Assembly (NCBI RefSeq): GCF_018350175.1
Contig: NC_058368.1
Location: 132,000,001-132,064,000 of the forward strand
Source of the DNA: Felis catus
Taxonomy: Eukaryota
Length of the DNA stretch: 64,000 bases
Direction: 5' to 3'
Shown here piece by piece: positions 14,105-25,389 of this stretch. Position 1 is the first letter of the stretch, and each line of letters opens with the position of its first letter. The position numbers and the translations under genes are program-made. The notes under the pieces are model-generated. The model was not told where the DNA came from. It was given only the letters and a program-made list of their open reading frames with translations, and ran no database searches.

Positions 14105-14593
14105 AAAGACTATTTTAGAACTTTTGGAGGTTGAAAGAGACATAGTACAGATGTAGAACAGTTAGAACACCTACAAAAGTCTAAGAGTCGAGTGGAAATG
14201 GGAAATGAGTGGTTTATAAAATTTCCAGTGAAAAAGATAACAGCTTATATTACATAAGCATAAATAACGTAATTGCATTTTTGTCAGAAACAAATTAGTA
14301 CTGGAATTCTATATTGTACTTACTGTATGTTTGAGACTAAGTACCTCTCTTGTGTTCTCCATTAATATTAATTGCTGTCATAAATCTTCATGTGTTTCAC
14401 AACTGTGGGAGAACTTCTAAAACTGGATGTCAAATTAGTGAGATTACTAAAGGTCCAGGTCTTTTTCAAACAATCAGTTGTTTGCTTTTGTTTATAATTT
14501 CATACAATCCCATATGAAAAAAAAATTATTCTGTCAAACAACCTCTATGAAAATGGTAAGCCTCTATATTTCTGTAACACACTAAAGTCAATG

Positions 14594-14806
14594 TTTTTTT
14601 TTTTTTTAAGTTTGTTTATTTATTTTGAGAGACAGACAGCATAAGCAGGGGAGGGGCAGAGAGAGAGGGAAAAAGAGAATCTCAAGCAGGCTCCGTGATT
14701 TCAGCAAAGAGCCCGACATGGGGCTTAATCTCATAAACCATTAGATTATGACCTGAGCCAAAATCAAGAGTCAGACGCTTAATCACCTGAGCCACCCAGG
14801 CACCCC
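14594..14806 (-). mobile_element. Can-SINE
   Basis: Reverse body ending gagccacccaggcacccc; TSD aagtca(a/g)tgtt. Confidence 0.92.
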
Positions 14807-16093
14807 AAGTCAGTGTTCTTATTTGAGAATCTGAGCTTATGTAAATCTTTTTATTAATCAGAACTAAATTTTGTGTCTTTGCCTTCAAGTGAACAAGTTT
14901 TAAAATGTTCATATGTAAATGGTCAGCATGCAATTAATTCCAAAAAATTCACTGCTCTTGTTTGGTCAGTTCCATAACCAGCCACAGAGTAAATAGTACT
15001 GAGTTATTGGGACATACAAAATTGTAAATGACCAGACCCTTATGTACTTGAGTTAAGTCTGTATTTTAAGTCTGCATGTGTATTCTCACAGGAGACTGTA
15101 AAATGTGGGCATGCTTTCAATTCCTGCAGTCTGTGATTTATGGAGGCACATAGGTCAGGAGTTTATTATGCTGAAAATCATAATAACTGTTTTGTTTTGC
15201 TTTTTAAAATGAAGTGACCAAAGCATGTTGAAAGATAAATGGGTGAACCATTTTGATTATGCTTTTATTTCTATTAAAGATTAAATATTATTGCTGAGTA
15301 ACCAGCCATGCTAAGTATTATGATATTAAAGCTGAAGTAGTTTGTAAGCTGAGAGCCCTTTCTTTCCTCTGGGTTTAGGTTTGTTATTAATCAAAATGTT
15401 GGACTTGTTTAGTGCAGTGGTGTATGAAACAAACAGTTGAAAAAGACAGCTACTTTAATTTACGGCTTTCTGTTTTTTTCAAATTTGTAGGAAAATCTGT
15501 TCCTCTTTGTGGACTTTGTGCTGTTGTTCACATGTCTAGAGTTCATTTCTTATACCAGAGCCAACTAAATCCAATAGTTGCAAGATACTCTCGTGGGATA
15601 GAAAGGAGGAAGGTGCCTATACGGTTTTAATTGACAAGTTCTGGCAAAGCCATTTTTGAAATGTGGACAGTCTCTAATAGAAATGGATATTACAAAAAAT
15701 CCATCTGTATTTTTGGGCAGAGAGACCAATAATTTTAGAAATAGAAATATATATATATAGATATATATATAGATATATATATATGTATATATATATATAT
15801 AGATATATATGTTAAAGACAGTGGTTTTTGTTTTTCACTATCAATATGGGAGTATTGAATGAAATTGTTTTAAAGGGCATGTTTTGAGCTACTTCCTGGT
15901 TTTGGCTTAGGTATCTACACAAGAATCACTTGCTAAGCACTTACTGAAATGCAGTGCAGGATCTGGACTCCCCATGATGTGTGGTAAAGGACCTTAAAAA
16001 GAACATCCTCCCACCTTTCTAAACTTGTTCCTCATCAGTGGAAGTACACTTAAAATTCCTAAAAAAGTATACTTTGGGGAATGCAGCACAAAA

Positions 16094-16558
16094 TGTAAGA
16101 AGTATCTAAGAAAAAGGCCACCTCTCACTACCTGAAACAAAAGGTTTAATTTATTACTTAACTAAGGAAGAGCTATGCTTTTAGGCACAGTCTCTGAGCT
16201 AAATGGGTTGCAAATCTTATATAGAGTTTTGGGGTCAGGGATTATTTAGTGGTTGACATCAGCCTCAGAAGCCCCATTACTCAGGAGAGACTGTCAGTGA
16301 TTGGCTGGCTTTCAGAAATGTGTTTACTAGACTGAGTTGACCACCGATTGGCCAACCTTCAAAATCATAAGGCTGTCACTGATTAGTTGGCTTTCAGAGG
16401 TGTGTTTACTGAACTGAGTTGTCACTGGTCATTTAGGCCTATGCAAATCATTAATTTATTAAATCCAGTTTGTGTTTCAAACTGGGTCTAGTAGTCCCTT
16501 GTTACCATGAATGTAGAATGATGAGCCTTTTTCTACGAGTTGAGATTGTTTATTCTCA
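16094..16558 (-). mobile_element. Probable ERV solo LTR, antisense to CWC27
   Basis: TG...CA ends. On the minus strand, in order: an 82-bp-period internal repeat, CCAAT boxes (ATTGG at 16347-16351 and 16300-16304), TATATAAG (16216-16223) and AATAAA (16150-16155). No clear TSD and the family was not identified. Confidence 0.6.
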
Positions 16559-17044
16559 GAAGCTAATACTTAAATATTGTAGGAAATTGAAAGGACAGGA
16601 AAATCAACCTCTGAGGAATCCATTTAAATAAGCAATGATCCTATGATGCATTTTTTTTTTCGTATTTGTAACATCTGGGATTTTATTAGTTATCTCCAAT
16701 TGAAAAGTTGTAATCAATACCTATGAATACCCTATTTTCCTCCTCCCACAAAGAATCTACAAATTTATCTTACTAAATTATATGATTATCTATGATAAAA
16801 TTGGTGCTTTTTCTTTGTTACCTTAATTCAGAGCTCTTTTTTTTCCATTTCTTCCATTAAATATATCTGCTCTTTTTTAATGAAGATAGAAACAACTTAA
16901 ATTGGAAACAGGAAGCATGGGCTTCATTGTCACCACTCTTAAAATTTAACAGCATGGTTTTTCCACTGCAATTGCTATGGTAAGGAGATAACTATACTTT
17001 CTGGTTTTCTTTTTGTTCTGTTTGGTTGTTGGTTGGGCATTTTT

Positions 17045-17465
17045 GTGTGTGTGGATATAGCTGCCATACAGTATCACATTGGTTGGTTTTAGGTGTACGA
17101 TATAGTGATTCAACTTCTCTATACATTGTGCTATGCTCACCAGAAGTGTAGCTACCATCTGTCACCATGCAGCACTATTACAATACCATTGACTATATTC
17201 CCTTTGCTATACCTTTCATCCTGGTGACTTTTCATTCCATAACTGGAAGCTTATACATCCCATGTCCATACACCCATTTTGCCCATCCTCCCACCCTCCT
17301 CCCCTCTGGCAACCATAAGTTTGTTCTCTGCATGTATAGGTCTGATTTTGCTTGTTTATTGATTTGTTTTGTTTTTTAGATTCTACACCTAAGTGAGATT
17401 ATGTGGTATTTGTTTTTGTCTGGCTCATTTCAGTTAGCATAATATCCTCTAGGTCCACTCATGAC
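17045..17465 (-). mobile_element. L1 3' end fragment
   Basis: Reverse L1 3' UTR motifs (ctctggcaaccataagtttgttctct; ttagcataatatcctctaggtcca). Confidence 0.8.
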
Positions 17466-18966
17466 ACATAAATTATGACACCTTTTCTAAATAAGGGTGT
17501 TTACTAAAGCAAGAGAAGTATAAGTCAGCAGTTCTGATGAATGATATGGCATGTTCATGTATTGAAATGAGTTATGAAATTTGATGTAAGTAGCATTATT
17601 AATAATGAAGTATAGAAATGTGAATGTGATTTACCTCATTTAGTAAGTTAAAGTATATTCTGCGTCATCTACATAATAATATCACTTGTACTAATTGCAT
17701 TCCAGTAGTTTTTCTCATATAGAAGTGTTGGGAATGGTAGTTAAGACTCAACTTGTCACCCTTGGAGAACAGTAGCTACTGAACCCTCAGTAACTGCAGT
17801 ATCACTAATCTCGTAACGTTTTATTTGCCACAAAATCTTTTCTTCAAAATCTGAACATATCCATTGAGAGTTTGTCGCATAAGTAAACTTCACTCAGCAT
17901 ATGTGCTACTTGCAGGGAAAAGGGGTGGGGGATCTGTGCTATTACCTACTGCCCAAATCTCTGCTTATTTAGGGAAAAATAAATTAATGTAATATTTGGG
18001 TTTCATCGGAAAGTTACAATGGGTGTATGGGGAGTGTTAATCCTATAGGCAATTTAGCCCTATCAGCTGTGATAAAAGTGCTGAGTATGCCCATTTTTAA
18101 ATTGCTTTTATAATGAGTAGGAAAAGCCTTAGAAGTTTTGTTTATATGTCAAAACTGAACTTTTCTCTTTCCAAATTCATTCAACTGCCTTGAAATCTGG
18201 TCTTTGACTTCCCTATTTATTTCTGACACCTCCTAATGGGGGCAGAGCTAATCACTTACATATTTCCCGGCTGCTAAGGATAGCCAGCTTATGACCACTT
18301 ACGATTCAAGCACATGTTGATACCTTAAGACCAGTAAGCATTTGATAAAGTGGGAAAGCAGGGTGGTTAAATTTGTTGTAATCAACAGTAAGAGGAGGAA
18401 ATTATTCCATGGAGCCATGCCAAAGCTTAGTTTCATTTTGCACGAAAAAAAATAATTTTTTTAACCCTGCAACTCCCCAGAAAAAGGATCATAACACCAT
18501 TTGAACAAGAATTTTCTTAACACATTCCTGACTCTTGACCCCTTCAACTACTAAAAACAGGATCAGATAGGGCTGGTTTGTTAGGGGTTTTGCTCTGCAA
18601 CCCTGCCCACTCTGACTAAGTGAGTGTGCTCTTTAAAGGAAGCTGGCAGAATGTTCTCTTAGTTGAAGGAATACCCTGGGTAGAGCTCTTTTAACCTCTC
18701 ATCCAGGAAGGACTTTCAAGTGAAGACGGAGGCAAAGAGACTCATTACTAAAAACACAAAGCAGCAGGACCAAACTCCAGTCATGTTTTTCAAATTTAAG
18801 TGGGTTCTGAGAAGTTGGTTTCCATGTGGTATAAGCACCAACAAACAATAAACCCATGTTGGTGTTCTGTACCCGTATGGTTCATTCTGCCAAGGACAGT
18901 ATAGTATAAAATTTCCACCTTTCATTCTCCTGCCAAAATCACTGAACTGTCTCTCTCCCTTTTCAG

Positions 18967-19129
18967 GATGTCACATGTACTTCAGTTTGAGGATAAAAGC
19001 AGAAAAGTGAAAGATGCAAGCATGCAAGATTCAGACACATTCGAAATCTATGATCCTCGGAATCCAGTGAATAAGAGAAGACGAGAAGAAAGCAAAAAGC
19101 TGATGAGAGAGAAAAAAGAAAGAAGATAA
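18967..19129 (+). CDS. CWC27: Terminal coding exon of spliceosome-associated cyclophilin-like protein CWC27
   Basis: A polypyrimidine tract and CAG acceptor (ctctctccctttt cag, AG at 18965-18966) is followed by one G and then an open frame MSHVLQFEDKSRKVKDASMQDSDTFEIYDPRNPVNKRRREESKKLMREKKERR*, with TAA at 19127-19129. This matches my recall of the mammalian CWC27 C-terminus; the leading G completes the preceding Trp codon. Confidence 0.96.
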
Positions 19130-19570
19130 AATTACAGTCATGATAATTAGGTAGAAATGTGCCTGCAATAAATGGCCTTAAAACAGCCGTTGTTCCCAAC
19201 AACATCACTTAAGGGTGTGAAAAGAAGTATTTTTGAACCTGTTGTCTGGTTTTGAAAAAAAATGATCTTGTTATGTAAATTGTGGGATGATGTAAGCAAA
19301 TGCTTTTGGTTCATGCTTTTTTCCCCTAATTGACTTTTTCTATTGCTAAATCTGAAATAAAATAACTTTCCTGCCAGTTTACATGTTAACCATTTGTAGA
19401 CTGTGCCAGCCTGTTTATGTCTTTTTATCCTAAAATATGTGAAGGCTTTGTTTTCAAGACTTTTTATAAGAAGTTTCTTTCAAGAAAGAGTATTTAAGGG
19501 AAACCTCCCTGGCATTCTGTTACCACAGTACTGAATTTGGAATAGAATAAAAATTATATACATAAAGATT
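19130..19570 (+). terminator. CWC27: CWC27 3' UTR with candidate polyadenylation signals
   Basis: AATAAA at 19167-19172, 19356-19361 and 19546-19551 downstream of the stop codon, with T/GT-rich stretches after the latter two. The cleavage site cannot be determined from sequence. Confidence 0.7.
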
Positions 19571-20064
19571 GATTTTTGTTGTTGTCGTTTTGCATATAAA
19601 TATCTAAAAATAGCCAAATCAGTAAGACCCAGTAGCTTCATGCCTTAAAGCCTGAGGAATCTCCAAGGGAATATTGTCACCTGCATCTAAGCCAATGCCT
19701 GGGTTTTATAGACGTAATCAAGATGCTAATACACTAAGTAAGGTCAGCCAAGCTTACTGCACACCCTGGCCCAACAGCAGGCCTCCTGCCCACTCCTCTG
19801 CCCTTTCAGCATAGCAACAAGAGCACATGCAGAGGTGACACTAGCAACAGAACTATCAAGAATTTAGCTCTTGATGACAACCACTCACACTGGTTATTTA
19901 CTGTGTATTATCTACACTAACTCAGTTTTTCTAGAATCTGAATCCTCAAATAATACCTCAGGCTAACTTTCGGTTACCTAATAAAACCTCACCAGCCACA
20001 TCTTTCCAGGTAGTGTCTCATCAGCTCTCTTTTCCCAAAAGTAATCCAATAGACTTTCCCTAGA

Positions 20065-20445
20065 ACACCTGTTCTCAAAATGTAGTCCCAGGCACTACAA
20101 TGCAGTGGCAATAGCATTACTTGGGGACGTTAGAAATGCAAATTCTTGGGGCGCCTGGGTGGCTCAGTCAGTTGCGCATTCGACTTCAGCACAGGTCATG
20201 ATCTACCAGTTCATGAGTTTAAGCCCTGCGTCAGGCTCTGTGCTGACAGTTCAGAGCCTGGAGCCTACTTCGGATTCTGTGTCTCCCTTCTCTGCCCCTT
20301 CCCCACTCATGTTCTGTCTCTCTCTCACAAAAATAAATGAACATTTTTAAAAAATTAAAAAAAAAAAAAAGAAATGCAAATTCTTGCCAGACTCCCCACC
20401 ACCATGACTACACTTCCAGATTACTGAATCTGAAACTTCGAACCC
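20065..20445. mobile_element. MER5-like hAT fragment interrupted by a Can-SINE (20148-20370, +)
   Basis: gttctcaaaatgtagtccc...gttagaaatgcaaattct...tactgaatctgaaact; SINE TSD AGAAATGCAAATTCTT. Confidence 0.8.
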
Positions 20446-20749
20446 GCAGGGTTTATTATACAGATTGCTGGTTTCACTGCTGATGATTCAATTTTGGGGG
20501 CATGGCAGTATCTAGTGAAGTTAAAGATAGGCATATCCAGTTATCCAAAAATTCTAATCTTAGGTCTGTCCCCTAAAGAAATTCTCACAACATTGCTCAA
20601 GAAAACCTGTACTAAATATACACAAAAGCATCAACCAAAGAATGGATAACTGAGTTGTTGTATAGCCATACTATGGAATACTTTGTAGTGGTAAAGATCA
20701 ATAAACAAGAGTTATATGTGTTAGCTTATCTTAAAAATAATGTGAGGGA

Positions 20750-21200
20750 GGGGCACCTGGGTGGCTCAGTCAATTAGGCAACGGACTTCAGCTCAGGTCA
20801 TGATCTCACGGTCCATGGGTTCGAGCCCTGTGTCAGGCTCTCTGCTGACAGCTCAGAGCCTGGAGCCTGCTTCGGATTCTGTGTCTCCCTCTCTTTCTGT
20901 ACTTCCCCTGCTAGCATTCTGTCTGTCTCTCTCAAAAATAAATAAACATTAAAACAATTTTTTAAATAGGATGTGGATATGACATCTTTATTAAAAAAAT
21001 AATAATAATGTGAGGGGCACCTGGGTGGCGCAGTTGGTTAAATCTGGCTCTTGGTTTCGGCTCAGGTCATGATCTCACAGTTCATGGGATCGGGCACCAC
21101 ATGTGCCGTTAGCTTGGGATTCTCTCTCTACCCCTCCCCTGCTTGTGCTATTTCTCTCTCTCTCTCAAAATAAATAAATATACATTTAAAAACAATAATA
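20750..21200 (+). mobile_element. Two tandem Can-SINEs (~20750-20960 and ~21013-21200) inside an old L1 3' end
   Basis: Two gggcacctgggtgg heads, each preceded by aataatgtgagg. Confidence 0.88.
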
Positions 21201-21635
21201 ATGGGGAAAAAAGGGAACCATCTATATAAAAATGTAAACAAGCAAAACAGCATTCTACTTTGTTTATGGATGTACACATGTGGCAATGTGTGGCAGAAGT
21301 ATAAAAACATGTATGAAAATAGTGGTAACCTCTGAGGAGGCACAAGGAATATATAAGGGGCTTCATTTGTAATGTTTCACTTCTTAAGGGAGATTGTGGG
21401 TACTCAGGCCTATTATATTATTCCCTCTCTACATTCTAGTATCCCTGAAATATTTCATGTTTTTTCCTTTATGATCCTTTATAGAATCTGAGATGAGAAA
21501 ACATAAGGGGCTCCCGATACTAACAAGAACATTTTCTTTTTTGCTTCAGAAGTAGGACAATGTTTCAAAGAGGAGGAGAGGGTATGATATAGGAGTTCTG
21601 GAGAAATGTCAACCCACTCAAAAGCAGAGTGATCA

Positions 21636-21854
21636 GGGGCGCCTGGGTGGCGCAGTCGGTTAAGCGTCCAACTTCAGCCAGGTCACGATCTCGCAGTCCG
21701 TGAGTTCGAGCCCCGCGTCAGGCTCTGGGCTGATGGCTCAGAGCCTGGAGCCTGTTTCCGATTCTGTGTCTCCCTCTCTCTCTGCCCCTCCCCCGTTCAT
21801 GCTCTGTCTCTCTCTGTCCCAAAAATAAATAAAAACGTTGGAGAAAAAAAAAAA
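21636..21854 (+). mobile_element. Young felid Can-SINE
   Basis: Near-consensus and CpG-rich, long A tail; perfect TSD AAAAGCAGAGTGATCA at 21620-21635 and 21855-21870. Confidence 0.96.
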
Positions 21855-23589
21855 AAAAGCAGAGTGATCAGACACAAACCCACCAAAATATAAGCCAGTG
21901 TTTGGAAGTGTGCCGTCTTCCCCTCACCACAAAGTTATAACATCAGTTGTTTCACGGATATTCATAAAGTTTCTGTTGGTTATTATGAACTGCATTAGCA
22001 CTGTATTTATTTCTATCAAAGAATCCTGTAGGTTTCTCTCCTGTTTCTCCCTAAATATCTCCATCTTTACCAGTGTACTATATCCCAACAACAGAGGGGA
22101 CCACAGAGCTCCAGAGCACAAGCTGGAAGAATGACATTTGTAGGTACAAAGTGACAAAATTAAACTCTCAGTTGGTTGAATGCTCCTTATCCTACTTTAA
22201 CCACAAGGAGCAGAAAGATAAGAAATTTCAAAGATTAGATAGAATCCCATCAGAAAATTTCACCATGAGAATAAAATTCACTTTTAACTTAATAATAACA
22301 ATGTTTTAAAGCTTGAAAACTTAAATAATCTATTAAATATGGTATTTAATGTGCTTATAGTAAAGTCTTTGGAAATGTCACAGGAATGTGTTTGGGCCAA
22401 AAAAAAAAAAAATCAGTTCAAAAGACAAAAAAATAAAAACATGTAAGAAAATTAGCCTTTATGGTTCATTCTAATGTTTTATTTATTTGGGTTTACTTTT
22501 ATGTGTCTTGCCCTAGAGATATTACCCTGAAACAGTGAAGTCTATTAACAATTCTTGTTCATTGTCTATAACAATCCTGGATTTTCTGAAGAGCAAAAGG
22601 TCCTGGCAATTTTTTTCTCACTTTCTGACCAGCCATTTTTTTTCACTTTGGTTAAAGCTGTTGGCAAGGTGAAAGTTAAAACTAACCCTAGACCTCTCCT
22701 TTGTCAATAGGTAATTGAATTAAATGCAGATCTCTCTACAAGTTTTAACAGAGTAGTATCAAAACATACATTGTCACATGCCTCAGCTTTCTTTATGCTC
22801 TAAAGCCACACAGTCAGTAATACATCTGCCGCACTTAAAAATGGGGACACCATAGAACAAGGTCACTAAAACGTGTGAGATGAGTGGTTTGCTGCTGTTG
22901 TTTTTAGAACAAGTTCAATAAGCTATGGTGTCCTTATCAAACTGTCACTACCAAGTTTCTTGATAGGATCTGACGTGTGAGGTACATAAACCTGTTCTGT
23001 TGTATCAGTGTGGCCTGTATGGGAAAGGTTAGATGAATGCAGAATATTGCCCAAACATGCTGTTTAATCTTAGTGATAACAAGAAAAAAAAAAAAAATAG
23101 AGGTGTGAAGTGAGTTACCATTGAGGGTTGTATCAGTATAAGCAATTTGTATTTAGGGGTGTAGAGAAGTTAAGAGGGGTTACATTCTTTAACACTGTCA
23201 TTCACAAAAAAAAAAAAAAAAAAAAAGCAAGCAGGTCTGGTTTCTCTATGGCTTTGACTCCATTCCAGTGACTCTACACAGTTTATCAGGTGGTACTACT
23301 TCTGCTTACTAGAAAGCAGGAAGTTTTCCTGCCACACATATATTTTATCTTCTTTTACCTTTTAATGAAGCGAAGTGAAACAAAGGCCATATTTTAGAGA
23401 AATCCTTTTTCATAAGAATTTGATGAAATTTTAATTCCAAGAGAAATAATAAAACACCAAATCTTACTAAGATGGGTATTAGAAGTCCCTTGCTTATAGA
23501 AAAAAATACTCATTTATTCCCCAAAATGCCCCTCACCAAAGCCATGCAGGAATACCTTTGTCACAGGTGCTAAAAGTTTCATTAATCCC

Positions 23590-23705
23590 AATGCAGAGCT
23601 ACAATCAGCTCCCAAAATAAACGGAAAGAAAAAAAAAAGCGCTGATTTGTAGCATTTGCAGATTTCCATGATGTAAATACCACGGCTGACTTTAAGCCAC
23701 CAAAG
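23590..23705. mobile_element. MER63-like hAT DNA transposon fragment
   Basis: ctgatttgtagcatttgcagatttccatgatgtaaatac...gctgactttaagccacca resembles my recall of MER63. Confidence 0.6.
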
Positions 23706-24285
23706 GAAGCCCCAATACACAACTGGTAATTTTTCCCATTCTGTTTCACCAGGAGCTGAAAGCTTATATATTAACTCTTGCATTGGCACTAAAGAACTCA
23801 CAAAAGCTTTTAAACTTTTTCCAAGATCACAATCTTCATATGTATTTCTATTTTAAGATTACTTCACATAATTTGGTCAAGTTCTAAGTTCTAGTAACAT
23901 CTGCACTCTATGTTTTTATGACTAGTTTGTATCTTTAGATTCTCTTTCAATGGAGTTTTCCAAAGCCACTTGGCTTACATTTCTTATTCCCTCTGCCTGT
24001 CATTTTTGCCTCAGTCACATGTCCAACTCAAGACGCAACCGAATTTCACAGCAAAGAAGTAGCGGGGCAGGAAGGAAAGAAATGGAATTATAGGTCTTTC
24101 AATTATTCTCTAATAAGTGATAACATATAAATTCATCTTTTAATTTTTCTTAAGGTATTTTGGATTAGGGATGGAGAATCCTACCTGAAGAGAAAAGAAG
24201 ACCGGCTTCTAATTAAAATGCAAACAGAAGTCTGGTCTCTCCACATCTGCTGGGAATTATTCCTTTAAGGTTAGATCATGGTATT

Positions 24286-24508
24286 TTTTTTTTAATTTTT
24301 TTTTTCAACGTTTATTTATTTTGGGGACAGAGAGAGACAGAGCATGAACGGGGGAGGGGCAGAGAGAGAGGGAGACACAGAATCGGAAACAGGCTCCAGG
24401 CTCTGAGCCATCAGCCCAGAGCCTGACGCGGGGCTCGAACCCACGGACCGTGAGATCGTGACCTGGCTGAAGTTGGACGCTTAGCCGACTGCGCCACCCA
24501 GGCGCCCC
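24286..24508 (-). mobile_element. Young felid Can-SINE
   Basis: CpG-rich; TSD TAGA(T/C)CATGGTATT at 24272-24285 and 24509-24522. Confidence 0.95.
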
Positions 24509-24694
24509 TAGACCATGGTATTGATTCATGTTACTTGTTCAGCAAAAACAACTTCTAGAGGCTTTCTTTTTTAGCACCACTCAAAAAGAAGGTATTTTTG
24601 GTCTTTTTGAAAATTTTTAGTCTCTCATCTTCATGATGCCAAAAAGAGTAACTGTTGCTAATGTACAGATACTTTTTAATAATCAAAATAATTT

Positions 24695-24920
24695 TGGGGT
24701 GCCTGGGTGGTTCAGTCGGTTAAGTGCCCGACTTCAGCTCAGGTCATGACCTCATGGTCCGTGGGTTTGAGCCCTGCATTAGGCTCTGTGCTGACAGCTC
24801 AGAGCCTGGAGCCTACTTCAGATTCTGTGTCTCCTCTCTCTCTCTGCCCTCTCCCGCTCATGCTCTGTCTCTCTCTCTCTCTGTCTCAAAAGTAAATAAA
24901 CATTAAAAAATTAAAAAAAA
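24695..24920 (+). mobile_element. Can-SINE
   Basis: ggggtgcctgggtggttcagtcgg head, CT tract and A tail. Confidence 0.92.
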
Positions 24921-25389
24921 ATTTTTTGAGAGGAGGAAACTCTTCACTTCCTCCTATATTTTCTGAATTTAATCTAGTTGGAGCTTCAATATTCAAATGT
25001 TTTAAAGACAATATATTTGAAATATGAAGGGTATCATGTATAGAGAATAAATGACTATTTTAAAGCAGAATATATTTTATGGCTAGTTCTCAACAGTCAT
25101 GAGTCAACTTAAAATTTGTGAGTTTCCTCTTTCTGATGTGTACAAATTATTTCTTTTATTTGCAATTTCTGAGGAAATATTTTATCGGGGGTAAGAGGAA
25201 TATGACTATTTTATCTCTGTTCTAAAGTTGTACTGTATTATCAGTGTAAATGAATAGACTAAGAATGGATACTATCTCCCAAGCAACGAAAGAATTCAAC
25301 AAGTGATTTTTGAATTAATTTAGACTAGTTATACATGATACTATGTGAGGCCCAGATCTGCTTCAGAGTGAAATTTCATAATTTCATTA

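Larger units (their letters stand above)
1..18966 (+). other. CWC27: 3' part of the last intron of CWC27
   Basis: No other CWC27-like exon was recognised upstream. The region is repeat-rich and ends in the acceptor at 18966. Confidence 0.75.

Noticed and set aside
16291..16430. Repeat-spacer-like pattern (also at 44230-44340 and 28519-28698) suggesting a CRISPR-like array
   Set aside because: Only two or three degenerate units, no cas genes and a mammalian context; better explained as LTR, MITE or local duplication.
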